Source: the human T2T-CHM13v2.0 reference genome, Homo sapiens. Taken from it: a DNA stretch of 64,000 bases. Both the position numbers and the translations under genes were made by a program. The notes under the pieces were generated by a model that made no database searches, was not told the origin of the DNA, and was given only the letters and a program-made list of their open reading frames with translations. Shown here piece after piece: positions 27,236 to 37,931 of this stretch. The number at the start of each line of letters is the position of its first letter. Position 1 is the stretch's first letter. The stretch lies in the NCBI RefSeq assembly GCF_009914755.1, contig NC_060938.1. One strand, written 5' to 3'.

Positions 27236-28635
27236 CGCTTGAGGCTGTGATGCACAAGCCCTAGCCTGCTGGACATAGATGTAAGACTCCAGATCAGGCC
27301 TCCCTCTTCTTTCTCACTATGCACCCAGGGATCCCTTGGTGCTTGTGACCTTCACATGGGGAGGAGTCATATTTGTCTCTTACGCTTCTCCATGGCTGAC
27401 AGTGATCAACCGGCCAGGGTGGCCAGGACCAACGCTGGTAAGAGGGTAACCCTAGTGTTCTCATGGGTCAAGTCCCCAGAATGCTGCCCTGGGATCAGGA
27501 AGGTCAGATGCTGTTGGCCATGGATGGCAAGGCATCAGAGTGCTGTTTGTGGGTGAAGTAGGCAGCTGGTGGACAAGGCAGCGGCTTCCTCTCTGTGGCA
27601 GCCAGAGGGAAGGGACATACCAGCTGAGCTGGTGAAGGAGTCCTCTAAGGTGGAAGGCAGGGCCTGGGTGCTGGTGAGTCTGATCTTGCTGCTGCTGTGT
27701 GTATGGTAACACCTCCATGGAGGGCACCTACTTCCCCAGCCACGCACAGTGTGGTGGGGCTGACCCTTAGAACTGAGTTCTGGTATTCCAGCTCTCCAAG
27801 CTCTGGTTCCATCATGCAGCCAATCCCAGGGTGCAAGCAGCTCCAGGAGGACTGCAAGTCAGAATGTCCCCAGCTCGGCCACTGCGCAGGCCCAGAACCA
27901 GGGTCCTTCTTCCTTTCCAGGGATCAAATTCTTCTAAAGGAGGCAGACAGTCTTAAAAAGCTGCTTACTATACAAAAACGTTGTTATACCCTTCTCCCAG
28001 GACACAAAGGCCTGCTTACTGACCCTTCACTTACAAACTGATGGATTTTTCCAAAACAAAGAAGACCTGCTTTGAGGTTTTTTTTTTTCCTTCTGTCTAT
28101 ACCCTAAGGTAGCTGGAAAATTATCTTGCTGAAGATTAAAAACACAAGTTTAAACTCTGATAGGGCTCTCTACTGTAACCCATGATTGATTTCATTTAGT
28201 ACTCTCCGCAACTTTGGGAAGTCTTTATTATCTCCCTTTTGTAGAAGTGGCAATTGACGTCAGAGGCCTGGATTGGAATTCAAGTCTTCCATCTGCAAGC
28301 CCAGGGTTATTTCAGTGCCTTGGGCTGTTTCTTAAACAAGATCAAACTGTCCATTTCCCCATCACCAAGTCCATTCCAACTTTTGTTTTCAAATGGGTAA
28401 AGGATTTCTGATGGTTTTTGACAGCTCCTCATTCCAATGACCTCTAAAAGCATGAAAAGCATTCTTTCTTCTAAATTGCCATCTACCCTACTTGCTGTTT
28501 GGTTTGCTTGCATCTGCCTACTTTGCTCTGCTCTGAGTTGATGGTGTCTATGGTGAGGTCTCCTGATAAACAAGGATAGCCCTACCAATGATGTTTGAAG
28601 CTGTGGCTGCTTTATCATGATGTGGGCTTTCCCTG

Positions 28636-29060
28636 TGTGTCTTGGTTTAGGTTCTTCCAATAGCAAATTCTGAGACAAGCAATTTTAGTGCAGGTAGTTT
28701 ATTTGGAGGTGACCCAAGGAAGTAGAGTAAGGGAGTGCGGAAGTGTAATAGGGAAGGGAGAAAAGCCGATGAGTGGTTCATTAATGAGAGGGCTACCTCT
28801 GTGGGTGACTGGGGCTCAATCCTGATGGGAACCCACTGAGAGACTGTGTGAGACACACCTCAGAAGTGCCTTGCAGAGGAGTGAGGAAGCTGGGGAATTT
28901 ATCCGTGAATTCTGGTTCTCCAGTGGTTGAGGTTGTTTCTGAGGTTATCACTTTTGAGGCACTTCTGGCCTGCCCATGCATATGGTCACCATGCGCCAGT
29001 GGCCAGATGAAGCTGTCAGGCAAAAGGAAGGAGGTATGTGAGGTTAGAAGCCACTAGAGA
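28636..29060 (-). mobile_element. ERVL LTR (LTR16-like)
   Basis: CTGAGACAAG...GTGCAGGTAGTTTATTTGGAGGTGACCCAAGG. Confidence 0.55.
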
Positions 29061-29383
29061 ACTCTTGGTCTGAGGGATCTGAGTCTCTTTCTGGTCATGC
29101 CAGTGCTATCATTTCTCCCAAATCCTTAGACTAATTGTGTTAATACCATTACGATCCCTTGGACCCAATTTTAGTTAATTTTTAAGAGCATTTCTCACAA
29201 CATTTTTTGACTTTTTTCTTTCTTAGATATCTTTCAAAAAGTATGACTGTAAAATTTACTTATTTTTTAAAAGAATAAAACTCATTTTAACTTGTAATTG
29301 TGATATTGGACGCTTTCATAAATGTAAGATACATTATGAGATTTTAGTGATCTTATTCTTTCCTGTATCTTGAAACATGTAAT

Positions 29384-30096
29384 TGAAACCACCTTTGAAA
29401 AATTATGACAGTAAGAGAAATCTGACATGGTTGACTCTATCTTGCTTCTGACATCAAAGCTGTCCTTGGTCATCTCTGGGCATAGGCCAAGCTAACTTTG
29501 GGAGGAATTTAGTTTATAGTTTAAAATTAAAGCAAGGATGATGATGGCCCTTCCCAAAACTAAACCACCTTTGGAAAACTAATGAAAGGCCACAGGGTTA
29601 GGATTATGAGAGGCACCTGAATTCTGCTAAAATGTAAGCATAATTAAATGATAACCCGCCATTGTGCTGGAGGTCAGAAGATTTGTAACTTCTCCAGTTG
29701 CTCCTATAGATAACATGACTATTGTAGAACCTAAGATCAGCCTTTTGATGTTTTTGTGGGCTTTTGCATTCTGGCAACTGATGGACCCCATTGGTACTCA
29801 TGACCAATGACTCATCTGGTCCTGTGGACCCCCATCAAGAGGCAGACTCAGCAAATGAGGACCATTTTCCACACCCCTATGATGGCATCCCCAACCAATC
29901 AGCAGCACCCATTTCCTAGTCCCCTGCCCACCAAACCCTAGCCTCCAAGTCTTTGGGGAGACTGATTTGGGTAATAACTCTATCTCCTGCGTGGCTGGCC
30001 TCATGTCAATTACACTGTTTCTTTACTACAACACCATGGTCTCAGTGAACTGGTTTTGTTTGTGGAGTGGGCAGGAAGAACCCATGGGTGATTATG
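29384..30096 (+). mobile_element. ERV1 solo LTR (LTR8 family)
   Basis: TGAAACCACCTTTGAAAAATTATGACAG...CTAACTTTGGGAGGAATTTAGTTTATAGTTT; ends GAACCCATGGGTGATTATG. Confidence 0.8.
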
Positions 30097-30574
30097 TAGT
30101 TAGTTTGTCATCTTAGGAATCGTTTCATCATTACTTATCAATTAATCCCAAAATGCTGAAAAAAGACTAAAATAAGAACACTGAAGAATGATAGCATCAT
30201 CTAGAAGGATGATGCAATGTAGTGTAATAAATCATCAGAATTTTGTCATCCTTCAGTTTTCTTGCTTCATTGCTTAAAATGTTACATTGTCTTTAAGAAC
30301 ATATAAGACTCGGGATACTATCTTTGTTGTCCGCTTTTAGTTTTTATTAAGAAGTTCAGAAATACGGATTTTTCACTTTCTGCCTATTATGACAGAGGAA
30401 AGATGATAGGGGAAGAGGTTACATAATCATTAGACAAACAGAAGATGAATTCAAAGAGACAGTAGAGTCCAGACAAATGCTGGCAAAATTGATTATGTGA
30501 GACATAACCTAGCCTATGAGTCTTCAGATGACAAAAGCCTAGAAGATTTTTCTCAAACTTGAGAGTTAACGAAT

Positions 30575-31280
30575 TTAAAAAATATATACTTCTTTCAAAA
30601 GTTTCAGAGGGTACATGTGCATGTTTGTTACAAAGGTGTATTGCATGATCCTGAGGTTTGGAGGACAATTGAACCCATCACCAGGTAGTGAGCATAATTC
30701 CCAATTGGTTGTTTTTTGACCCTTGGCTCCCTCCCAACCTCCCCACTTTTTTATTTCCCAGTGCCTATTGTTCCCGTCTTTATGTCCATGTGTACCCAAG
30801 GTTTAGCTCCCACTTATAAATAAGTGAGAACACGCAGTATTTGCTTTTCTGTTTCTGCGTTGGTGTGCTTAGGATAATGGCCTCTAGCTGCATCTATGTT
30901 GCTGCGAAGGACATGATTTCATTCATTTTTATGTCTGAATAGTATTCCATGGTGTATATGTGCCATATTTTCTTTAGCCAATCCACCACTGCTGGGCACC
31001 TGAGTTGATTCTATGTTTTTGCTATTGTGAATAGTGCTGCGATGAACATATGGGTACATGTGTCTTTTTGGTAGGAGGATTTATTTTCCTTTGAGTATAT
31101 ACCCTGTAGTGGGATTGCCAGGTTGAATGGTAGCTCTATTTTGTAGTTCTTTGAGAAATCTCTAAACTGCCTTCCACAGTGGCTGAATGAATTTACATTC
31201 TCATCAACAGTGTATAAGCATTCCCTTTTCTCCATAGCCCTGCTAATATCTGTTATTTTTTGACTTTTTAATAAAAGCCA
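30575..31280 (-). mobile_element. L1 3' end (L1PA15-16/L1PB-like)
   Basis: GGTACATGTGCATGTTTGTTACA 3'UTR; ORF2 C-terminal remnant (KDTCTHMFIAALFTIAKT). Confidence 0.88.
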
Positions 31281-31829
31281 AGGAACATATTTTTAAAGAC
31301 AAAAAGGAAATATGGTATTTTCATCCAGTTTGTCACTCAATATGATGAACTTAATTACACAATATTTTAGGAAAAATCCTGGGTCTTCCAATTTTGCTAA
31401 AAAGATATATGGTAATACTCTAATTTTTTAGGTTTTTGTGGAAAGTTTACTTGAAATGGACAAATGCTGTAGGCAGGTGTGTACATAAGGAGGAAATAGT
31501 ATAGAAAGAAAACTATTAATTGAATTGAAGATTTAAAATTGTGTTTGTAGACCTAAGAAAGAAAAAAATGACAATGTTTTGCAATCATTAGGGAAAGAAG
31601 ATGAGCATTCTCTCTTCAACAAAGTTATGAGCCACTAAAGCTTTCAAAAGTATTGTGTTTTGATGATTCAATAACAAACAGAAGAACCGTAAGGAATAAG
31701 TTAGAACCAATTAGAGATACATTTGAAATCTGGAATCAGTATTTATAAGATGAATATGTTTCAGGTTTATGACACTGGATCAATGAATGATTTAATCAAA
31801 GTTTGTTTTCTATTTCAGGTATGCTATAT

Positions 31830-31983
31830 TCTTTATTATTATTATTTTATTTTATTTTTTGTAGAGATGGGGGTCTCACTATGTTGCCCAGGCTAGTCTT
31901 GAACCCCTGGCCTCAAGTGATCCTCCTGCCTCAGCCTCCCGAAGTGCTGGGATTGCAGGTGTGAGCTGCCACCATGCCCAGCC
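31830..31983 (-). mobile_element. Alu monomer (FLAM-like) inserted in the piggyBac transposase remnant
   Basis: Single arm; TSD TCAGGTAT(G/A)CTAT. Confidence 0.85.
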
Positions 31984-32209
31984 TCAGGTATACTATCTTC
32001 AAAAGTAGGAAAATGAATACAATTTGGGTTTATTATATTTAAATTCTTATTAACATTTCTAACAAAGCTGGCTTTCATTGTCTGTGGTAGTCAGCCTCCA
32101 AGATGGACCTAAATGATCCTAGCCTCCTGCTATTCACACCTTGTGCAGTCTCCTTCTACATTGTACCAGGGTTGGTCAGTGTGACCAACAGAATATGGCA
32201 GAAATAATG

Positions 32210-32549
32210 TGCCATGGTTTGAATGTTTGCCTCCTTCAAGAGTCACGTTAAAATTTAACCACCATGGAAACACTATGAAAAGTTGGGACCTTTAAGAAGT
32301 GATTAGGCCATTAGGATTCCCCCTTCATGGGTGGGATTGGTGTAGTTATGAAAGAGTGAGTTTGTCTCCCTCTAACCTTGCCCGTCCTGCTTCCACTATG
32401 GGATGACATATCCAGAAGTCTCCCACTAGTTGCTGGCCCATTGATCTTGGACTTCACAGCCTCTAGAGCTGTAAACCAATAAATTTCTGCTCATTATACA
32501 TGACCCAATCTCAGGTATTCTGTCACAGCAGCAAGAACGGGCTAAGACA
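32210..32549 (+). mobile_element. MaLR LTR (MSTC/MSTD-like), nested
   Basis: TGCCATGGTTTGAATGT...GGGCTAAGACA; 5-bp TSD TAATG/TGATG. Confidence 0.8.
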
Positions 32550-32785
32550 TGATGGTGCATCACTCTTGAGATTAGGTTATAAAAGACAGGTGGGCTTTCT
32601 CTTTCACCACCCCCTCTGGGCAGGAAGTGAGCTATCCTGTTGTGAGACTCATGTGGAGAGGAATGGAGGTGGCCATCCAACAGCTGGTGCGGAACCAAGG
32701 CCTGCTAATGACCATGTGAGTGAGCTTGGAAGAGGATCCTCCAGCCCTAGATGACTGTAATCCTGGCTGACAGCTTGAGTGCAAC

Positions 32786-32950
32786 CAGGACTGGCTACAT
32801 AATTTTAGACTGTGATCCAGTGCAAAATGAAAATGGGGGCTCCTTTTTCAAAAATTACTAAAAAAAATCAAGACAGCAACAGCAGAGTATTAAGCCAAGT
32901 ATAGGGCCTTTTGTGATTGTACCGTTTGCCTGCCCATGAAGCTGGCCCTG
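32786..32950 (-). mobile_element. MER45A (hAT-Tip100), nested
   Basis: TIRs CAGGACTGGCTACAT and ATGAAGCTGGCCCTG; 8-bp TSD AGTGCAAC/ACTGCAAT. Confidence 0.8.
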
Positions 32951-33528
32951 ACTGCAATCTCCTGACAGACCCCAAGCCAGAACCACCAAACTAAGCCACT
33001 CCAAGATTCCTGCCACAGATACCACGAGATGAGAAATTTTTGCTGTTTTAAGCTGCTAAGTTTTGGGAGTAATCTGTTATATAGTAATAGGTAACTAATA
33101 TACTATCCCTTTATTACTGCTTCTATAAATTATTTGTAAAAGGATTTTAAAATACCCATATGGTGAGATGAATTTTAAAACTGTTTTCAGTAAGAAACTT
33201 TCTACTCACACAGATCACCAGGGGCATATGTGATTTATCTAAAAGAAAAAAAATGCCAAGAAAGATGGAATTTTACTTCCCATTTTCTCCTGGGTCCTAT
33301 TTAATAAATGGATTTTCAGCTTGTTCTTGGATATTGTGACTATAGACAGAACCTCCTTTCAAAGTGGTGAATTCAATTTACCTCTTAATCTTTTACAAGG
33401 CCCTAATTCTTCTCTTTATATATAGTTTCCTATGAGCAACCATGAAAATGAAAAGAGAACAGCTATATAAAGAAAGTCATTTTGAAGAGAAAGAGACTAT
33501 GAAACCTCAAAGCACCCTCTCTTTGTAT

Positions 33529-33800
33529 TGTGAAAGTTGTCAAAATCAAAATGGAATCGCTAATATTAAGAAAACCCTGACAAATAGAGCTGAGGAAGGC
33601 CATGAGGAGTGGGTTTTTATATTTGTATGTCTGATCATAAAAGCTATAATAAAAGACCATAAAAAGCATGACCTTGTATAAAGGCCATATTTTTGTGAGG
33701 ACATCTGTCCAGTAACTGTCTGTTTAACCTTGAACTGGTGTTATCTTTGTTACTAATCTTTATAGTCAAAGATAGTTATTTCAGAACAATTATGTAATCA
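33529..33800 (+). mobile_element. Partial ERV1 LTR (MER65/MER67-like)
   Basis: TGTGAAAGTTGTCAAAATCAAAATGGAATC...CCCTGACAAATAGAGC. Confidence 0.6.
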
Positions 33801-34026
33801 AAATTTAAAAAAAATACTCAGATGGTAAATAGTTATAACTATTTTTCCTGAGCTGCTAAGGGTTAAAGGGATAAGAGTGATTTAGTTAGTCACAAATGTA
33901 GTTTCATATTCTCTCCTACCTCAATGCCTTTGCATATGCTGTTTGCTATGCCTAGTATGCCCTTCCCCTCACGCTTTATCCAGCTTAAATCAGACAGCCT
34001 TCAGGTCTTGACTTAAACATCACTTT

Positions 34027-34326
34027 GGCAGGGCACAGTGCTCGTGCCTGTAATCCCAGCACTTTGGGAGGCCGAGGAGGGAGGATTGCTTGAGCCCAGC
34101 AGTTCGAGACCAGCCTGGGCAACATAGGGAGATCCTGTCTCTAGAGATTCTGTCTCTACAAAATAAAAAGTTAGCCAAGTGTGGTGGCGTACTCCTGTGG
34201 TCCAAACTACTTGGTGAGCTGAGGTGGGAAGATTGCTTGAGCCCAGGAAGTTGAGGCTTCAGTGAGCCGTGATTGTGCTACTGCAGTCCAGCCTGGGCAA
34301 CAGAGTGAGATCCCTATTTCAAAAAA
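34027..34326 (+). mobile_element. Alu (AluJ-like) inside an L2 3' fragment (~33915-34612)
   Basis: Full Alu; TSD AAACATCACTT. Confidence 0.9.
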
Positions 34327-34921
34327 CGCCCCCCAAAACATCACTTCCTGAGGAAAATTATTACTGACTCTCCAGACTGGGTTACATACCTTTTAAAATA
34401 AAGTCCCCAAACACCTGTGCCTCCTTGCAGTACCGTGGATACTTGTAATTAGTGAATTAATTGTTGATAATTAGTTGCTTAATATCTGTCTTCCCACTAG
34501 ACTGTAAGTTCCTTGATGTCATTTGCCTTTTGTCTTTGTTCACACTGCATACCTAGACCCTGGTGCAGTGTTTGGCACTCAGTAGGAATGCAGCAAAATT
34601 TGTTTGATTGACTGGTTTGCCTCTATGCCAATGGATTAGGACCACATGATGATGATTTATGATGGAGTATTAAACCACAGGCTGAATGAAGTCGTTGCGG
34701 TAATGCTTTCTCTGGAGCATCTAAACATGGTGGTTCTGGTCCTGAATACAAGGGAAATGCCCCTTGTCCAACTGGACTCTTGTATAAACAACACAGACTA
34801 TTAAAGCAGGTGAATGGGGAAAATTCATACCCATGGATATTGAAGTCAGCCTTCAGCAATGAACAAAATAGCATGCACAAAAACAGTATGTGCTTCTGAC
34901 TCTTAGGGGTGAGAGATTTAA

Positions 34922-35050
34922 CCCATTTATGCTGGAGATTGCAATTTTTTGAACTGCAAAATCAGACCTTGGCGATGACCTTGAGAAGTAGGATATAAAT
35001 AACCCTCACATGCTCAGCATTCCAACAATGGAACACTAGGCATAAGTGGG
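34922..35050 (-). mobile_element. MER85 (PGBD3-derived piggyBac MITE)
   Basis: TTAA|CCCATTTATGC...GCATAAGTGGG|TTAA with perfect TTAA TSDs (34918-34921, 35051-35054). Internal imperfect palindrome ATTCCAACAATGGAAC at 35019-35034. Confidence 0.92.
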
Positions 35051-35775
35051 TTAAGAGGATGCCAAATTTTTGGATGTGAATGCAAAATTTAAGAACTGCC
35101 CTTGGTAAATTTGACCTTTGTTGTTAAGCCTCAGTTCCTCATCTATCCAATGGGACCAATAGTAACAACCTCATAAGTTGGGTCTGAGGATATGAGATAA
35201 AGTAGGGAAAGTGCTTAGCAAAAGGTTAGCTTTTAGTACCCTCCACCCTCATAACAAGGTGGATTGGGGTTTGATTCTTATTCTGCTCTTTGTTTCTGGC
35301 TATGTGAGTTATTTAACCTCCCATAGTCTCAGTGTCTTCATTAGTGAAATGGAGAAAATAATGCTTCCTACCTTGTAGAGTAAATGCAAGAGTGTATACT
35401 AAGGTCTTCATTTTTGGCATTTGCTAAGCCCTCATAGTTGCTACAACTATTATTATTAATTTTGAACTAGGTTACAGAAAAACAACCCGGTGAAGAGAAA
35501 GATCCCTTTATAGGTGGAAGAGGGAGGGGAAATAAATAGAAACAGAAGAATATAGACAATTGCCAAAAATATTTTCACAAGATGTGCATTATTCCCAGTG
35601 ACTATAACTGACCACTGGTCTCTTTAGGGGCTTATTTCTTGCCAGCCTGGCACCACATGGCTTGAGCTTCATTCCAGTATGTTCTCAGTTCCTCCCACTT
35701 GAACGTGCCTAAGGGAAATACCAGAAGGAAATTTTTGTGGCCACGAAGAGTCTGGGTGTCTGGCAGTAAGGCCAG

Positions 35776-36165
35776 TGTCTTAGTCAGCTCAGGCTGCCTT
35801 AACATAGACTGGGTGGCTTACAAACAATAGAAATGTATTTATCACAGTTCTGGAGGCTGGAAGTCCAAGATCAGGGTGCTGGCATGGTTGGGTTCTGGTG
35901 AGGCCAGATGGCCAACTTCTCTTTGTATCTACACATGGCAGAGAGCAGAGAGGGAAAGCAAACTCTCTTGTGACTCTTATAAGGGCACTAATCTCATTCA
36001 TGAGGGTTTCACCCTCATGACCTCACCTAATCCTTTTTTTTTTGACTGTATATCATCATCATCTAATCATAATTATCTCCCAAAGGACTCATCTCCCAAG
36101 GCCATCACATGGAGCTGGTAGACTTTCAACATATGAATTTCAGGGAGACATATTTAGTCCATAAG
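35776..36165 (-). mobile_element. MaLR LTR (MLT1A/MSTD-like)
   Basis: TGTCTTAGTCAGCTCAGGCTGCC...CACAGTTCTGGAGGCTGGAAGTCCAAGATCAG. Confidence 0.8.
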
Positions 36166-37053
36166 AGCCATTAATATTTTCGAGTACCAGGGAGCTGGGT
36201 CTGCAGAACTAGAGGTAAACCACAGCTTGAATGCTGTGGCCTCCTTTTGTTTGGCAACTCAAGGACGACTCATGAGGATGGCCTCTACTTCTAATTGTGT
36301 CCCAGAATTGTATCCTTTCTTAGTAACATAAACGTTGACTTTTAGCTGTACACATGTGGTCACCTCCAATTAGGATTACATTTTTTAAAGCCCTTTTTTG
36401 CTGAATGTGGTCATATGACCAAGTTCTAGCCAATGAGACAAAATGAAACGTGACTTCTGGGAGGTGTCCTTAAAAAGAGGAGCATGCTCTTCTTTCCTCT
36501 TTTTCCTTCCTGTTGGCTGGAAAATAGATATGATGGCTGGGGCTTAAGCAATCATCTTGTACCACCAGGTAGAGCTGCTTATTATGACAGAGAAATAATA
36601 GAAGGAGCCTGGCTTGGAGGAAGCTGCCCGAAACTTTCAATGGAGTTGTGTACCAAAGAGAGAGCTAAATTTCTAAATTGTTTGTCACTCGAATTATTTT
36701 TGTCATGTGTATTTAAAGCTAAAGGAGTGACTTTGGTAAGGTTAAATGTCTGCGGGTAAACTTCATTTGCACACTGGGACTAATAATACTTACCTTAGCC
36801 TAATGCTAAGGTTACAGCAAGTTAGTCATAAATCTAAAAGCAGAACCTAGGAATCTTAATGTCTCAAGCTTCTAAGCTCACTAGTGTTTTTGACAAAAGT
36901 CTTGGACCTTAGATACAGTGTACCTCTTTCCATTGGTAGCTATTGTAACAAATGAAGCAAATATAAATCAGGATATGTTTATGTTATAGAAGCACTCTGC
37001 TCCAGAGCCTCATTCAGGATCTACCTCCATCATGAGACCTTCCTGCCCATTAG

Positions 37054-37399
<346 letters not shown>

Positions 37400-37625
37400 A
37401 GCTTTACTCTTAAATGTGGTCCCCAGGTATCTCTCTGGTCTGTGTCTTAAATTAGATGGTAACCTCTCAGAGGGCTGGGTGTGCATCCAAAGATCCATCA
37501 TAATAATGAACATTGTGCAAGGCGTAGAAGGAGGTGCATCAAAGTGCTTACTAAAAATGGATGAAAAGATTCTATTCTGAAGATGAGATGAGGAAAGAAT
37601 CCTCTGGATTATATAGAAACACAGA

Positions 37626-37931
37626 TATATATATATATATATATTTCTTTTTTTCTAGATGGAGTCTCGCTCTGTTGCCCAGGCTGGAGGGCAGTGGTAT
37701 GATCTTGACTCACTGCAACCTCCATCTCCCAAGCAATTCTCCTGCATCAGCCTCCCGAGTAGCTGGGATTACAGGCACACACCACTGCACCCGGCTAATT
37801 TTTCTATTTTTAGTGGAGATGAGGTTTTGCCATGTTGGCCAGTCTGGTCTCAAACTCCTGGCCTCAAGTGATCTGCCCACATCGGACTGTCAAAGTGCTG
37901 GGATTACAGGGGTGAGCCACCACGCCTGGCC
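37626..37931 (-). mobile_element. Alu with an (AT)n tail
   Basis: Full Alu with a small deletion; TSD AGAAACACAGATATAT. Confidence 0.9.

Larger units (their letters stand above)
32083..33102 (+). mobile_element. MaLR LTR (MLT1F-like) containing nested MST and MER45A insertions
   Basis: TGTGGTAGTCAGCCTCCAAGATGG...AATAGGTAACTAATA. Confidence 0.75.
29123..33862 (+). mobile_element. Fragmented piggyBac-family DNA transposon (Looper-like) with both termini and a degraded transposase
   Basis: Left end TCCTTAG (29123), right end CTAAGGG|TTAA (33856-33866), and subterminal GGACCCA/TGGGTCC inverted motifs. Translated remnants KWTNAVGRCVHK (31454), NDNVLQSLGKEDEHSLFNKVMS (31567) and VLCFDD...NKLEPIRDTFEIWNQYL*DEYVSG then MTLDQ resemble piggyBac transposase blocks. 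Confidence 0.75.

Noticed and set aside
28255-28262. Perfect CRE palindrome TGACGTCA
   Set aside because: A single isolated 8-mer in 64 kb is compatible with chance, and there is no supporting motif cluster.
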